A stretch of DNA of 64,000 bases from Perna viridis (taxonomy: Eukaryota), in contig CM074513.1 in assembly GCA_037379345.1 (NCBI GenBank), positions 40,110,885 to 40,174,884 on the forward strand, given 5' to 3'. Under the pieces are notes generated by a model that did no database searches, was not told where the DNA came from, and saw only the letters and a program-made list of their open reading frames with translations. Of this stretch, positions 13,771 to 27,093 are shown in pieces (position 1 is the first letter of the stretch; each line of letters begins with the position of its first letter). A program made the position numbers and the translations under genes.

Positions 13771-16700
13771 CTTGGTTTTGTCTCTTGGTTTTTTTAAAGT
13801 AATAGTAAACAAGAACGTGTGACATTCTCCATCATTTTACCAAAAGAAAAATCAAAATTAATATCAAAGCAAAAAAATCCACTTTGTGAATAGGTTACCC
13901 ACCTTTTAGTTGGTATTAAGAATGGGTTTGCCACAGAAGCTGTAAAATGTGTTTACCCTTCAATTTGAGGTGGGGGCATCAGTTGTGATGTATATAGTGT
14001 GTGGCTCAGTGTTGAGGTATACATAATAATGTGTCAGTAGGGGTTTTGATGTGACGCAGGTTCCCTCTGGCTCAGTTGTAAGGTGTTAAGACAGGAAGAC
14101 TTTTAATATTGTAAATAATATGTGATGTGAAATTGGCACTTACTGTCTTAACTTTGTTGACCATGAAATTGTTCTGTTTAAACATTTAAAATCTTATTAT
14201 AAGAACATTTAAATAAATGTATAGGCAATTCATGGACTACAATTTTTCAAATGTTTTTTTAAGACCTAGCATATTAATGTTAAACAAATGTAAATGGTAA
14301 ATTTTAAAAATTGTTTATTTTGCTGTTGTTCTTGTATGTCTAGACTACTCAATGTTAGAAAACACTCATGTCAAATGACAGAAATAAAAGAACCCCCTCC
14401 TCCAAAAAAAACAAAAACAACAACAAAAACAACAAAAACAAAACAAAACCAAACACAAAAATGCCACAAAAAAACACAACAAAACAAAAGCTAAAACAAA
14501 AATGAAAAATATACCCAGAACAAACAAAATAAAAACCCTTAATGGGAGATCATAGTTTTTTTATAGTGAAACAAAACCTATTTCATTTAATAACAGTTGA
14601 TCAGAAATCAATATCTTTAATAAAGTTTTTTTTTCTAATGTTTTTACATGGTGTACTAGTATTACATTTTATAATAATTTAATTTGAATGTGTATTTCTC
14701 ATCTGGGCAAGATAGGTTGTTTTTCATTACTTAACTTGGTACTGAGACATCATTAATGTTGATTGGTCGACAGTCCGTAATTAAAAAAAAAATCTTAGCT
14801 TAATAAGGCTTTGATGAAGAGAAATATCTTAATTTTGACTTTAATCGATTAGAAATTAAAATATATGGATTATTTTTCATTTTTGACCAATTTATGCTTG
14901 CATAACCTAGTAGAATATTAAAAACAATCCTTAAGTGTTAATGTTGATCTTTGAATCATCAGATATACATGTATCAGTAATTGCAAGATTATCACTTTAT
15001 ACAAATGTTTTGCAGATCCACCCTTTTTAGCTTGTAGTAAAAGTATTTATGGGTGGGTTCTATATTAAACAGCTGAGTCTTATTTATCATAGTGATAATT
15101 AAAAAATACAAATTTATCAAGCATTAACCAATATCTATACAAGATGTGTGCCTGAATGATTGTCTAACCTAGGTACAGCCTTCTAAATCTTCTCTTGGGT
15201 CAATTAAATTAGATGACCTTGAATAGCCTCTATCAATGACCTTGATCAGTGGAGATGGTATGTTAGTTGATGTTTGCTGCCACCTCAGGGCAGAGGAGAA
15301 GTATAATATGTAGTGAACATTTTACAATAACATGTTCAACAACAGTGGTTCATTGATTTTACACCTGTTTCTTTCTATATTGTTCTGTTGTGTAGCTGGT
15401 TTTCATTTAATTTGATGGAAAATCAAATTGATGCACAGCATTATCTCTGCATATTTTACAATGTAAGGTTTGGCCATTATTTGCACATTCATCACATCAA
15501 CATTTATAATAATTTTTTAAACCCAATTGATATATATTTTGAATACAACAGATGTTCACAAACCCTCAAAAATGTGTTTTCTATCATATTTTACAGGCAA
15601 CTGGCTTAAAATTTGAAAAATTCAAACACTAAGTTTTATTGAAAACTTAGTGTAGGAAAACTTATAGTAGTAAGAGACATTAAAATCCACTATGATTATC
15701 AGCATATGTTTCCCTTTGGTGTGTCTTGGTGAGTTTTTGTTTTTCTGTGGAAGTTTAGACAGATAACTAATTATTGCAGGTTTTTACCCCATGTATAATA
15801 TAGACATCATTTTACTAAGCCTTGGGCAACTAAGATCATACTAAAGTTTGCCAAGCTAGATTGTTATTCCTTGGATCTCCTGTTTTATATGACTGCGTTT
15901 TTCTACAATGATACTTCTTGTGATTTTTTCATGCTTTGCATTGCTGTAGCCAGAATTTTAGCATTCATGGATATGTTCTTGCTTTTTCTTTTTTCTTCTG
16001 TTTACCAAGAATAATGTACCACAGTATATTGTGCAATGTGCTACTAGTGATGTTCCCTTCCCTGGGTACTGGAACTTTTACAGACAACTGACTGTATGAC
16101 CTGCATCAACCCTGTAAATAAAATCCCTACATCAATGGAGACACTCCTATTTACTTGAATGAATTATTTTTTTTTCATTTTGAACATTTTGACTATGTGA
16201 CATGTGTATAGTTTAGATGGAAGTTCGGATGGAGATGATGTAGTTCTGACCTAATTCAGATTTTCCATAGAAAATAGCACTCTAAAATTACATGCCTATT
16301 ACATAACAGATTTTTTTGTTTCCCTCATTTAAAAATAGTTTTGATTTGAATCTTCTTCATATTGGAAAAAACCTCAGATATGGCTTAATATATCTTTTCA
16401 AAATATTTTATTGGGGTGGCCTGTCTCTCCTAAAACAATATAAATACTAGAAAGTACTTATCAAGTTCAAACCATGAATACAATGTTATACCTTGTAGAA
16501 GCATACAAATTGTACAAAATTTTTATTTGTTATAACAAATCATACTAATGCTGACCATTATGATGGAAATTATTTTTTGAGATTGATAGGTCCAGGACTT
16601 TTTGGCAGCCTAAAAAAAAGTTCCACCTGAAGAAAATAAGAGTAACTGAAAAGTATTAGAGGTCAAGGACCTAGTTAGACGAAAATCAATGGCCTTGCGT

Positions 16701-19700
16701 CAGAATTTGAGAGTCCCGGACCTTGAACCAGTGGTAATTTGAATGAGTATGATGTGCACTGTACTGGTAATGTTTTGATAGAGCTACATTAGTACATTGG
16801 TAACCAATCTTAATAGACATGATATTGTATTTACTAAGCATTAAGGAGGTAGTGTTTTTAGGAAGCAAATAAATAAAAAAATGAATTAAATAAGACATGC
16901 AGAAAATACACAGTGTCGACATACTCAGACAGGTATTTGCTGTTTGGGAATTACCGTGAGGTGAAATTCTGAATTGTTTCTCTATCAATTTCTATATTTT
17001 TTTTCAGCTGTGTTATTTTCTTTCAAAACAAAATAATAATAATATAATGGATAATAAAGAATTTTTACAGGTTAATTACTGAAGACACAATTTTCTACTT
17101 ATAAATTCACATCTGTTGACAGGTTGAATAGACATATGTCACCTAAGTCATCCTGACTTAATGGTTAAAGTAATATATAATGAACTCACTGGGCTACCTG
17201 TAGATTTAATACAGGTATTAACATCCAAGGATTTAATCCTGTGTACTTTGCTTCAATGAGTATCGTCCTAAGGTTTTCTGCATGTGACGTCACGACAAAC
17301 TAAGTGTCAGTTTATGTCTTGTAAACCAGAATAAATTACAGGTATTTTTATGTCATATGTATACAGGAGCTATAGAAATATTGTACAGGAAAATAACATT
17401 CTGTGTGAAGCTTCATTGCATACTATAGGGATTTAACTATTTAACAGATAGTTAAAACTTTGGTAAGCATTCTGTTTTATTCTTTAATTTAGGAATAATA
17501 CAATATTCATTAGGAGGTACTTTATATGTTTACATTTAAGTCTGAGCATTGACATTTGTCAGCTATGTAAGGTAATATTCTGCATAACTTATTATGAATA
17601 AAAGCCCTGACCTAGCACATTTAAATGAGATTTGTATTTACCATTTGACTTTGTTATGGTGTAGTTTAGTCAAATAGCAACACCTCTTTACAAATTTCTA
17701 CTTGCTGTGAAAAACAGGAAGTCATATTATATTTTGTCCTGTTGTATTTTCCTGGGACATTCTTTCCTTTGCACTATTTTAGAAGTTCTATTCAAATGTA
17801 TTTTTGTCTTGTCTTTCAGAATTATGATAGAAACAGTTTGTTTTCTTCTTTAGTTTATGCATCATGAATAAAGCTTGCAAATTGAAGAATATTCTAAATA
17901 AGCACTGATGTAAACATTGCTAAAGTTGATTAAATTAAGTAAAATTGCTTTCTCTAAACAAAGTTGTATTTGTAAGGCTTAGTCCAGAACTGATTGCATT
18001 CAATGTTTTCAGAGCCTGAGTGTGTCAGATCCATCTACCAGTACCTTAAACCTGTTTATATTTATGCCTTTTCAGTGTATTTTAGAGGGCACCTGAGTTT
18101 TCTTATATTAATTTTAAATTAATTTATTACCCTCACAATGGAATCCTTCCCTTTCTGTTAATTATTATGTTAATTTCCTGCAGTAATGAACAAATAAAAG
18201 CTTGGGGATCCCTATTTTTTTCTAGACCTCCTTACTTAAATATCTGGATTTTCTGCGGAATGTATTTAATGGTTAGGCCCAAGAGGACAGTATTTCGTAG
18301 GTCAAATTTATTTAGTCTGTTTCCTTATAATTAAGTACTAATCTTAGGTAAGACAAGATGGTTGCATTCTACGTTGGTTATCACATAAACATGGTTTTAG
18401 GTCTCAGTGATCATATCATTGATATACAGAGTGGTTAAGGACCAGCTATGTTGTCTTGTGAATTCAGTCATATGAACAATCATATTATCTCTATTTGAAG
18501 AGTGAAAAAGCTAAACTGCCTTTTTCAAAATCGAATTTCTGATTTAGTCAGGAGACATGGTATTAGAAATGCTTGATATGGAATGAAACATTTCATCAAA
18601 AACAGTGACTGTTTTTTTGATGATTCTGCAAAAGTAACATATTGCCCAAAACGTACCTGCATAGAATTTTTGTATTTAAATGTTTACTTTTAGATAGCAA
18701 CACATGGATGATATTTTTTAAATAAAAAATGTTTTTAACAAATCTGACTGAATTTACTGATTTCTCAGCTAGATTCATTTTTTAATTTAACAATCATCAA
18801 AATACTTACTTGCATAGATCACTTACATAAGTTTCTAACCCTGTTAATTGGTGAATGAACAGAATGGCTTGTTGACTTCCTCTTATGTTAGAGAGATCAC
18901 TCAACCCAGAAATGAACAATAAGTTTGGACTGTAATATATTAAACATGTCAAAATGGTGTCATATATTATCATTTCTATGCAATTTTTAATAATTTCTTT
19001 TGAAACTGAGAAGTTCTGAGTGTTTGTTTGGTTTGGTACTAAAGGTCTCGTACTTAAACAAACTAAATATTTCGGCAAGTTTTCTTGTCAGATTATACCT
19101 TCATGATATGTTATCGAGCTTTTATTGCACATGGCTGCTATTTTCTTCTTAGAACAATTGTTATTTGGAACTGCTTTTGTTGCAGGAATTTACATATTTT
19201 AGCTTCATTCTGTGCTTTGGTTTCTGTGTCATGTATGCTTAAACTTCAAAATAGGTTTTGTAGGCTCAAAAAGCACACATTGTACCAAATACTATGCAGT
19301 ATCCATTTTGGTTTGACAGTTTATTTTCAGGGCTGATTTTGATATAAAGCAAACATATCCCTGTGATAGATACCAAAAGAAGTCAGAAGTGTAGCTCAGT
19401 TTTATATTTGAAATGAAAGGATGATTTGCAAGGGAATGCAAAAAATCCCAGTTCAAATTGAAAATGGCCCATTGACTTAGATAAAAAGATCAAGATGGAC
19501 ATGTTCAGTGAAATTGTTCATCTTTTTTTTGATTTACCATATGATTTTATTACTACTTGTAGATACAATTTGGTCTACTTTGTGCTGGTAATTGATGGAT
19601 TGCTAATTCAATTCTTTAATGACCTCTAAAAATGTTCCATATTATTTGAAACTTTCAGTTTATTTAGACGGATGTTGCTATCATTCTGTGATCTGTAATT

Positions 19701-22700
19701 ACGTTTATAAGCTTATTGTGTTCATTATACTTGTATAACTGTTTATATCTTGTTGATGTATAAACTTGCTTTTCTTTATATTTGACATGGCCAGTTTTCA
19801 TCTTTCCTGAATTACATTGACATATGTAAATCTATAAAGTACCACTCTGTGATGTTGTAGGAGTAGTAATTTGGTGTACTGGCTTGCTCAACTTTGCTCT
19901 TTGTCTGGTATTTACAATTCCTGTTCTAATAAGGGACCACAAGCTGTTGTCGTATTTGGTTTGGAAATGTAATTTTGTTTTTCTGAAAATTAAGTTCCAA
20001 TACAAATGGTGTCCAACTGCTTTTCAAAGCCAAGCTAGCAAGATCAAGTGAAGTCAAATTTTACAAAATGATATAAAATGAAGTGTAATTTAGGTATGTT
20101 ATTCTGAAGTTGTTTTATCCAAATAGCTGTGTAAAGGAGCAGATTGAATTGACAGGCCTGCGTAGGTGGTCAGGTTGGAAATAAGACTGTTAACTTCCAT
20201 CTATACTTTATTTCTTTCACGTTGTTTTTAATGAGGAGAACATCAGATTTTCATTGATTTTTGTTCCGAGAAAAGCCTCAGTGAATGAAGAATCGGAATT
20301 TGGTTAGGATATATATGTCCAATTAACGACACCAATCAGCACTGTGCAGCGGGTTAGCTGATTGGGAGTGGAAGGATAGGTGATGTATACTCCTGTATGG
20401 GTCGTATATTGATTAGTCTTGGTCAGATTATGGTTCGGTAATCCTGATGTCATTTGGATTAAGATGGATCTCTGTAACAAAATCTAGGTGGGAAGTTTTG
20501 TTGATTGATTGTTCATTTCTATGCAGCTATGTTCTGTATGAGGGTGACATAGCTACACTTTATTATAGGATTAGCCCCTTGTCATGTGAGTATGCAATCA
20601 TTAGCTGTTTTATTCTGTTCCCACATGTATGTTAAAAGCATTGATGGTTTGTTACTTGGTGGATTGGTTGCCTGGCAATATATTAGCTTAGAGGAGCATA
20701 ACTGAAAAAAATGACTGACAGTTTAGGCCCTATTCTTATAGAGTTTAAAGTTTGTGAAGATAGATCAGAGACAGCTGTGGGTTACACATGTAAAAGAGCA
20801 TCCCGATTTAGATTCAGGAATGCTGTTCTATTTCTTCAATTTTTGTATAATTTATAAATCAAGTTAATTGTCTAGCAGTTTCCTTGTCAATGTTTTTGGT
20901 ATACATTTGCATATATATATATTTGTATGCATTTACATTTTTTATGTTACTTGAAGTGAATGAATTCAACTTGATTCCCCAAAAGTTTTGCTATTTTTAC
21001 TTTGCCGAAATACCCATTTTTAAAGATCTATGAGGATGGCTTCTTTCTACCAGTGCATGAAGATACATACTAGTGTGTTTACTGGTTGACTAAGTTGATG
21101 ATTTAAAGTGCAGGGTTTCTATGTTAATCTTGACCTTTGTGTTAAAACAGTATATGTTCATTTTCTCTGTAAGAAGATCATTCCCGTTTTTAACATTATC
21201 AATGAAGTGGATGCATGCAACCTCCATCATTCTGTTTACCACAATATTTTGTCTAGTGTGATTTAACTGTATTCTAGCTTGTCTAGCTGGAGCTTGTCAT
21301 TTTCTTCTTTTGCTGTTGTCTCAGTTATTTTGGAGTGAACTATATTTTTTTAATATGTGCCATGTTATTATTTAATGATAGACTTTTGAATCCTCTACTG
21401 AGTCACCTGAGCAGAGAATTTTGCCTGTAGGTTGGTTTAGGGCATTTTAGAGCTTGTGCTTTTTACAATGGTTAATGAGGATGATTAGGCTGTGTACATA
21501 CCATTAGATCTTGGTACAGAGAGGTTGGTTAACCTGAGGCTGTTGTCAGATGTAATGATCCTCCTCTATAGATAATGTTACACACTTAATTGACTACTAT
21601 ATATCTGTCAAATCAGATTCTTCAGTATTAATTAACTACACTGTACATCTCACTTGCTTTTATCTCCGTAGCACTTTCTTTCATTCTTTGAAGCATTATA
21701 AAATCTGGCAATATTTTATATCATGTTAAAAGTTTTTTTGTTAGTAACTTATGAAGAGAGTTGCACTTTGTGAAGCTTTGAGAAAAGGTTTATATTAATC
21801 ATTTTTCATCTTGAGACTAGATAGATGTATTTGACCTTATTGGATACCTTCCAAAATTAAATCTTGGAAAAATATCAATAAGACTAGCAAAATTGAAAAA
21901 AAGTCACTGATTTAAATACTTGTTTACTAAGTTCTAATGAAAAATCAATAAATAAAATGAAAAACAAACTTGTAGTGCATAAATATTATATAAATTTTTT
22001 GAAAAATACATCATAGAATTAAGATAACTCTATTCAGAAGAGGAAAGACTTTAATTAAATTGAATTTAAAATGCCATACATCCATCAAAGTTGATATATT
22101 TTATCCAAAAGGGAACATCTTTTATTTGGTGACACAATTATAAGAACAAGTTTATAATCCACCAAAACCACAAGGGAAAGATATAAGTGTAATTTATAAG
22201 GTAGTTGACTTGCGGAGGTTCCGGGTACAAGTTGTTTGAGGTTGACAAGAAGTAGAAGTAGATCAGGTATATTGGTAAAGATATTTGTATCACTGAAAAG
22301 AAATAATTCAAATAAAAATTATCATTTATTATTGGTTTCTACTCATAGGTCTTTATTTGTCACTGAAGTCTGTTTCTTGTGTTAATGACAATTTACAAAT
22401 GTTAATTTTTTGGCTAAATTTCACATTTTAAAATTATTTTAACCCCCCCCCTCCTCCCCCATCATTCTTAACTGACTGACAGATTTATTTAGTATTGAAA
22501 TTTTAACTTCACCAGTAATTTGATACTAAGTAAGCATGGAGCTACTATATCTTGTGATATTTTATAGATTTTTACCATTGAAGTCATGGTAGTTATGTCA
22601 TTCCCAGGCTCTGTTGCTTATAGAATAATGGCACTGTATTGATTCAGTAAATAGCCTGTGTTTCAAACCTTTAAAAATTTCATTAGCTAAATGTTGATAC

Positions 22701-25624
22701 AAAAAGAATAACCCATTGATTTAGCTTCGTGATGTGTAAATAGTCTAGCTTGAATGTCAATAACTTTTCAATGCTTGCATATTTTCTTTTTAATTCTGTG
22801 AAAAGTGTTTCCTGCTTCTGTAAAATGGTGGTCATTTGTTTTTTTATTCTTCTTATAACTAGGATTTAGCTAATATTTAAGGCCAAACAATTCTTTTTTA
22901 AAAGATAAAGTGGTAGATCAGGTAAAAAATTTGCAAATGGGTTTTTCCTCTCTTTGATATATTCATCTACGGTCCATTATTATTGTTCCAGTATTAATGC
23001 AGTAAGCATGTATAATATCTTGCATAACTGTTTGAGACTTTAGTGGTATTTGGACTGTTGATTTATGTAATTTGGGTTATAACCATATACCTAAATGGTT
23101 AGGGGTCAACAAGCTAAACCATATGAGTTTCCAGACCTGATTAATATTTGATGAAATCTGTATATTGACTTCAGATTTTGAAACACAAATATTCTTATAG
23201 CTTTATACTTAAGATAGCAAAATATTAATTTTGTTGCTTGTAAAAAAGTTGATTGAAATAAACTTAAGTATATTTGTAGTTTAATTGTTTATGTCTGTTT
23301 TATTCCCTTTTTAATACTTTTGAAATACAAAATTCCTGTGCTTAAGTGATATTTTATAAAATTTTAGCGAAATGATATTTTGGCTATTTATTTCCATGAT
23401 CAGTCAATAGCCCATGTTATATGTATATAGTTTGACCGTACAGGTATGTTAAGTAACCACATCCGGCCTCATGGATAATACCAATTTTTTATTCTAAGGA
23501 ATTGTTTTTTTGTTTTTTTTTTTATAAAACTATTTCATGAAGATGTACAGCTTCTTTTACAAGTTGTTTCCAATCAATCTATATGCATGTAATAAAACTG
23601 TTGTGTTTGTAGTCTTTTATTTTTTGATGTTATTTCAATGCCATCAACATACTCCTTAAGGACTAGCAATGCACTGTCTTGATTCCATAAGAGATATCCC
23701 ATATGGAACCCCAGTACACCTTTGGTAGGTAATAACATAACAAACACAGTTCCATGTGTCTTGTGTAAGGTAGAAGAAGATGCATTCTGGATGAGTCATT
23801 TCAGCAACTTTGCAATCATCCTCAGGTTTTGGCAGATTCCTTGTGTTTTGGTTAAATCTTATATAATCTGGATATTTTTATTGTCTGTTGAAACTTAAAG
23901 ATAAAAAAGGTATGATTTAATATTATTGTAAAGTCATTTTTTAATATCTTATGATTATTGTGATTATTGTGCGGTTACTTTGGTACATAAGTACTTGACA
24001 GCTTTTTAATCTGGTTTGAATTTTTCATTTGAGAGAAATATAAAATTTTAGGATTTAAAAGATTTATAAATCTTGATTTTTATTGTTTCAGAGGGACAAG
24101 ATTTAATTATTACATTAGTAGGGGTATCAAAGTGAAAACATTTGGATTCTTTTTTTTTATTCATATATGAAAATATTTAATTTTGCCATCCTATCCAACA
24201 ATCTTGCCAACTTTACCTCAACCATCCAGAAGATGGTAATGAGTATCTAGTAGAATAGATTAGTGGGGTACCACAATTCTTACCTTTACAGTTCTTTATA
24301 CTAATTATTATTGATACTTTCTACATTTTAATGTAAAAAGTCCTTTTGTTGTTTACACAATCAGTTATTTGCAAATAGTACATATAACTTGATCTCACCA
24401 TGTTTATCAGCTATTTAGAGATTTTATAAAGTAATTTTTCAATCATAGTTTTCACAGAGTATATTTATATGTATTGAATAAACTGTAAAATATGGTTTGT
24501 TATGTTCCAAAGATAGTAAAATTGATTTGACTGCCTTTCAAATTGAAAAAAATCAAATTACAGCCATTAAATAAACAAAAAATCAAAAACCAAGTCAAAC
24601 AAGCTCAAAACCATGCACACAAATGAAGAAAAAAACAGAGAATAAACAATACACATTTTTTACTTCCTTTTAACAACAGCTGTACTATCAAGAGCATGTT
24701 TTATAATATAGGATTAAATCATATTAATCAATATTGTATCTATTCTTTGTTGTTCAATTTTACACAGCAAAAAAAAAGTGTGCATATAGTTGTTGAAAAC
24801 CAAATTGTGTTGTCATAGTCTAAACTTGATCTTACCTGTTAATAACAGTACTTGTCAGTTCTTTAAAATTGAAACAGGAAGAGAATCATTGGAGACTTTG
24901 TAAATATCCTGTATGATGACTGAAAATTAGACTTGGGTGCAAAATTCCATTTTTCTCAAGGAATTTCCTGAGTGAGATGAAGTAAAATCTATTGTGGTAA
25001 GCATTGTAATAATTACAGTGATTAGTGTTTACATAGACCTACATATAGTCATGATACTAAGAATTTAAATCTATCCATTTTTACTTGTAATTTTTATAAA
25101 CAGACCAGATGTTTTAATTTCCTTGTTTTTATATTTCATTCACTTTGTATCTTATTGTATGAAAAAATACTTTACTAGCTACATGTGCCAAAAAATCGTG
25201 CCTTGTTGGCTTGAATGCCATACTTACACACTCTAAAGGTTAAAGTTTTTTTTTTTCAGTAGTCAGACATACCAGAAATTTGAGTACATTGTTTAATTGG
25301 CACCACTATATAGGGTTTATATGTGTTACATCACGTATGACTTTTGATCACATTTTTCTGAAGATACTGACTTAATGGCACAAGTAGCTGCACCTCTGAC
25401 CTTCATAATTCACTTTGACTGATTTTGTACATGAAACATTATCTTTGTTGATATATTGGACTATGAGCCAGTGAATATGTTTTGGGGTATGCCATAATGG
25501 ATAATACAAAATTTCAAATTACAAGTGTTTGACTTATCATTTATATGTTTAGCAAAAAATTATTGTTTGTTTTGGTATCATAACCCTCTAGTTTGTTTGC
25601 TAACTATTGTTACAAATCATATTA

Positions 25625-25834
25625 CTGTAAACATGGAAATTATTGTGCTGTCTTATTTTTGCGGTTTGAGCCATCAACCTACTTTTGTGCAATTTTAAAT
25701 TTGCAACCCTGCCTTTTAAAAATTACATTGTAATGTTCTTTGAAGAAATCTTCACAAAAGTTTAATTTTTGCTTTAGAAGTCTAATCACGAAAATAGTGA
25801 AAATGTAACTGCCATAAAATCTAAAGCTTTACAG
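25625..25834. mobile_element. Tc1/mariner-type MITE (TA TSD)
   Basis: TA|CTGTAAA ... TTTACAG|TA termini with degenerate sub-terminal inverted similarity. Confidence 0.6.
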
Positions 25835-27083
25835 TATCCTCTCATGCTTTATTCTATGGTTTAAAAAATGTGATTTAATTAGTTTTTCTAAAATATTATC
25901 TCAAGTTTTACAATGAAAAATTATAAAATTAATTTCATAACATGTCAACAAATCTACCTGTCTGAATGAAGTATAAATCCCAACAGAAATAAAAAACAGT
26001 TTTTCTTGCAGTTTTAACTCTCTCCTTTTGCCATTCAAGTATCAAATGTTTAACTCTACAAATTACCCAGCTTTTTATGGCTTTTATGAAAATAAAGATT
26101 AAACAAAAATAACTTTACTACAAATTTATATTTATCTTTGGTAGTATCTATTTTTGTTCGGAATGCTTTGTGCTTCTGGATAAACTTGTAATTTATATTA
26201 TTAGTTAGGTATATTTAGCCTTCTATTTAGAAACCTTCCACAGTCAGTGAAGTTGCTAAATCGGGATCAACGTAGCTCTATAAATGTATGATTAGACAAG
26301 CAAAAGATATTTTTACCTCACTATGTAAACATTGACTCTCAAGTGAGAAAAAATACCTGTTCTCATATTCAAAGAGAATTGACTTCAGAACAGGCAAGAA
26401 CTTGCAGCTTGGTTCGCTTCGCTTCACGCTTTTATTGAAGTTGATAATAGACTAAAATTTTGCATGAAAATTTACATAACAAAATTGAATTGGGTTAAAT
26501 AATAAATAGGCATGAAATAGGTTTATTGATGGATGAGTTAAAGTAGAGTGCATTTTGCTTGGTTTGTGTCCAAGTTGGAATGAAAGAAGGTAATATTATT
26601 AAGATAATGCTTTATTACTGAATGTTATGTTTTCTTGTTTAAGTGGAAATAGAATTACGTCTGCCTGGCTTAATTGGTACTATTTCTCATATATCAGCTA
26701 TTTGGTTATTCCTTAAGTAAAGTTAGTTGCAGTTAAGTAAATAACTAAGTTTCTATCCAGAACGACCATTTGAATTGACTTTAAAACAAAACAAAAAACC
26801 TCCCTAGAACCAATGCTTGTTCAATTCCATATTTCTAGTGAACAAGTAGGTTTCTCCTTAGTTGTTTCTAATGATGGATAATCTGATTCCTCTCTGCCAT
26901 TAGACTATGCATTGTTATGGTAAGTTGTGTTTGGGATAGTATATGTGTACTAGTTAGACGAAATCTAATGCCAGATTACTACATGCTTTAGGAAACATTA
27001 AAGCTTAGTCCCTTATCACCATATAATCAAATTTTGTGGAGATTTAAACTTAAATGAACTTACTGATAAGGTCATGACATAAA

Positions 27084-27093
27084 CTATTTTTAG
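27084..27093. promoter_or_regulatory. Consensus MEF2 binding site CTATTTTTAG
   Basis: Perfect CTA(A/T)4TAG, with near-consensus CTATAAATAC at 27105-27114. Function unproven in AT-rich DNA. Confidence 0.35.

Noticed and set aside
14395-14540. K/T/Q-rich ORF
   Set aside because: Low-complexity (CAAAA)n tract.
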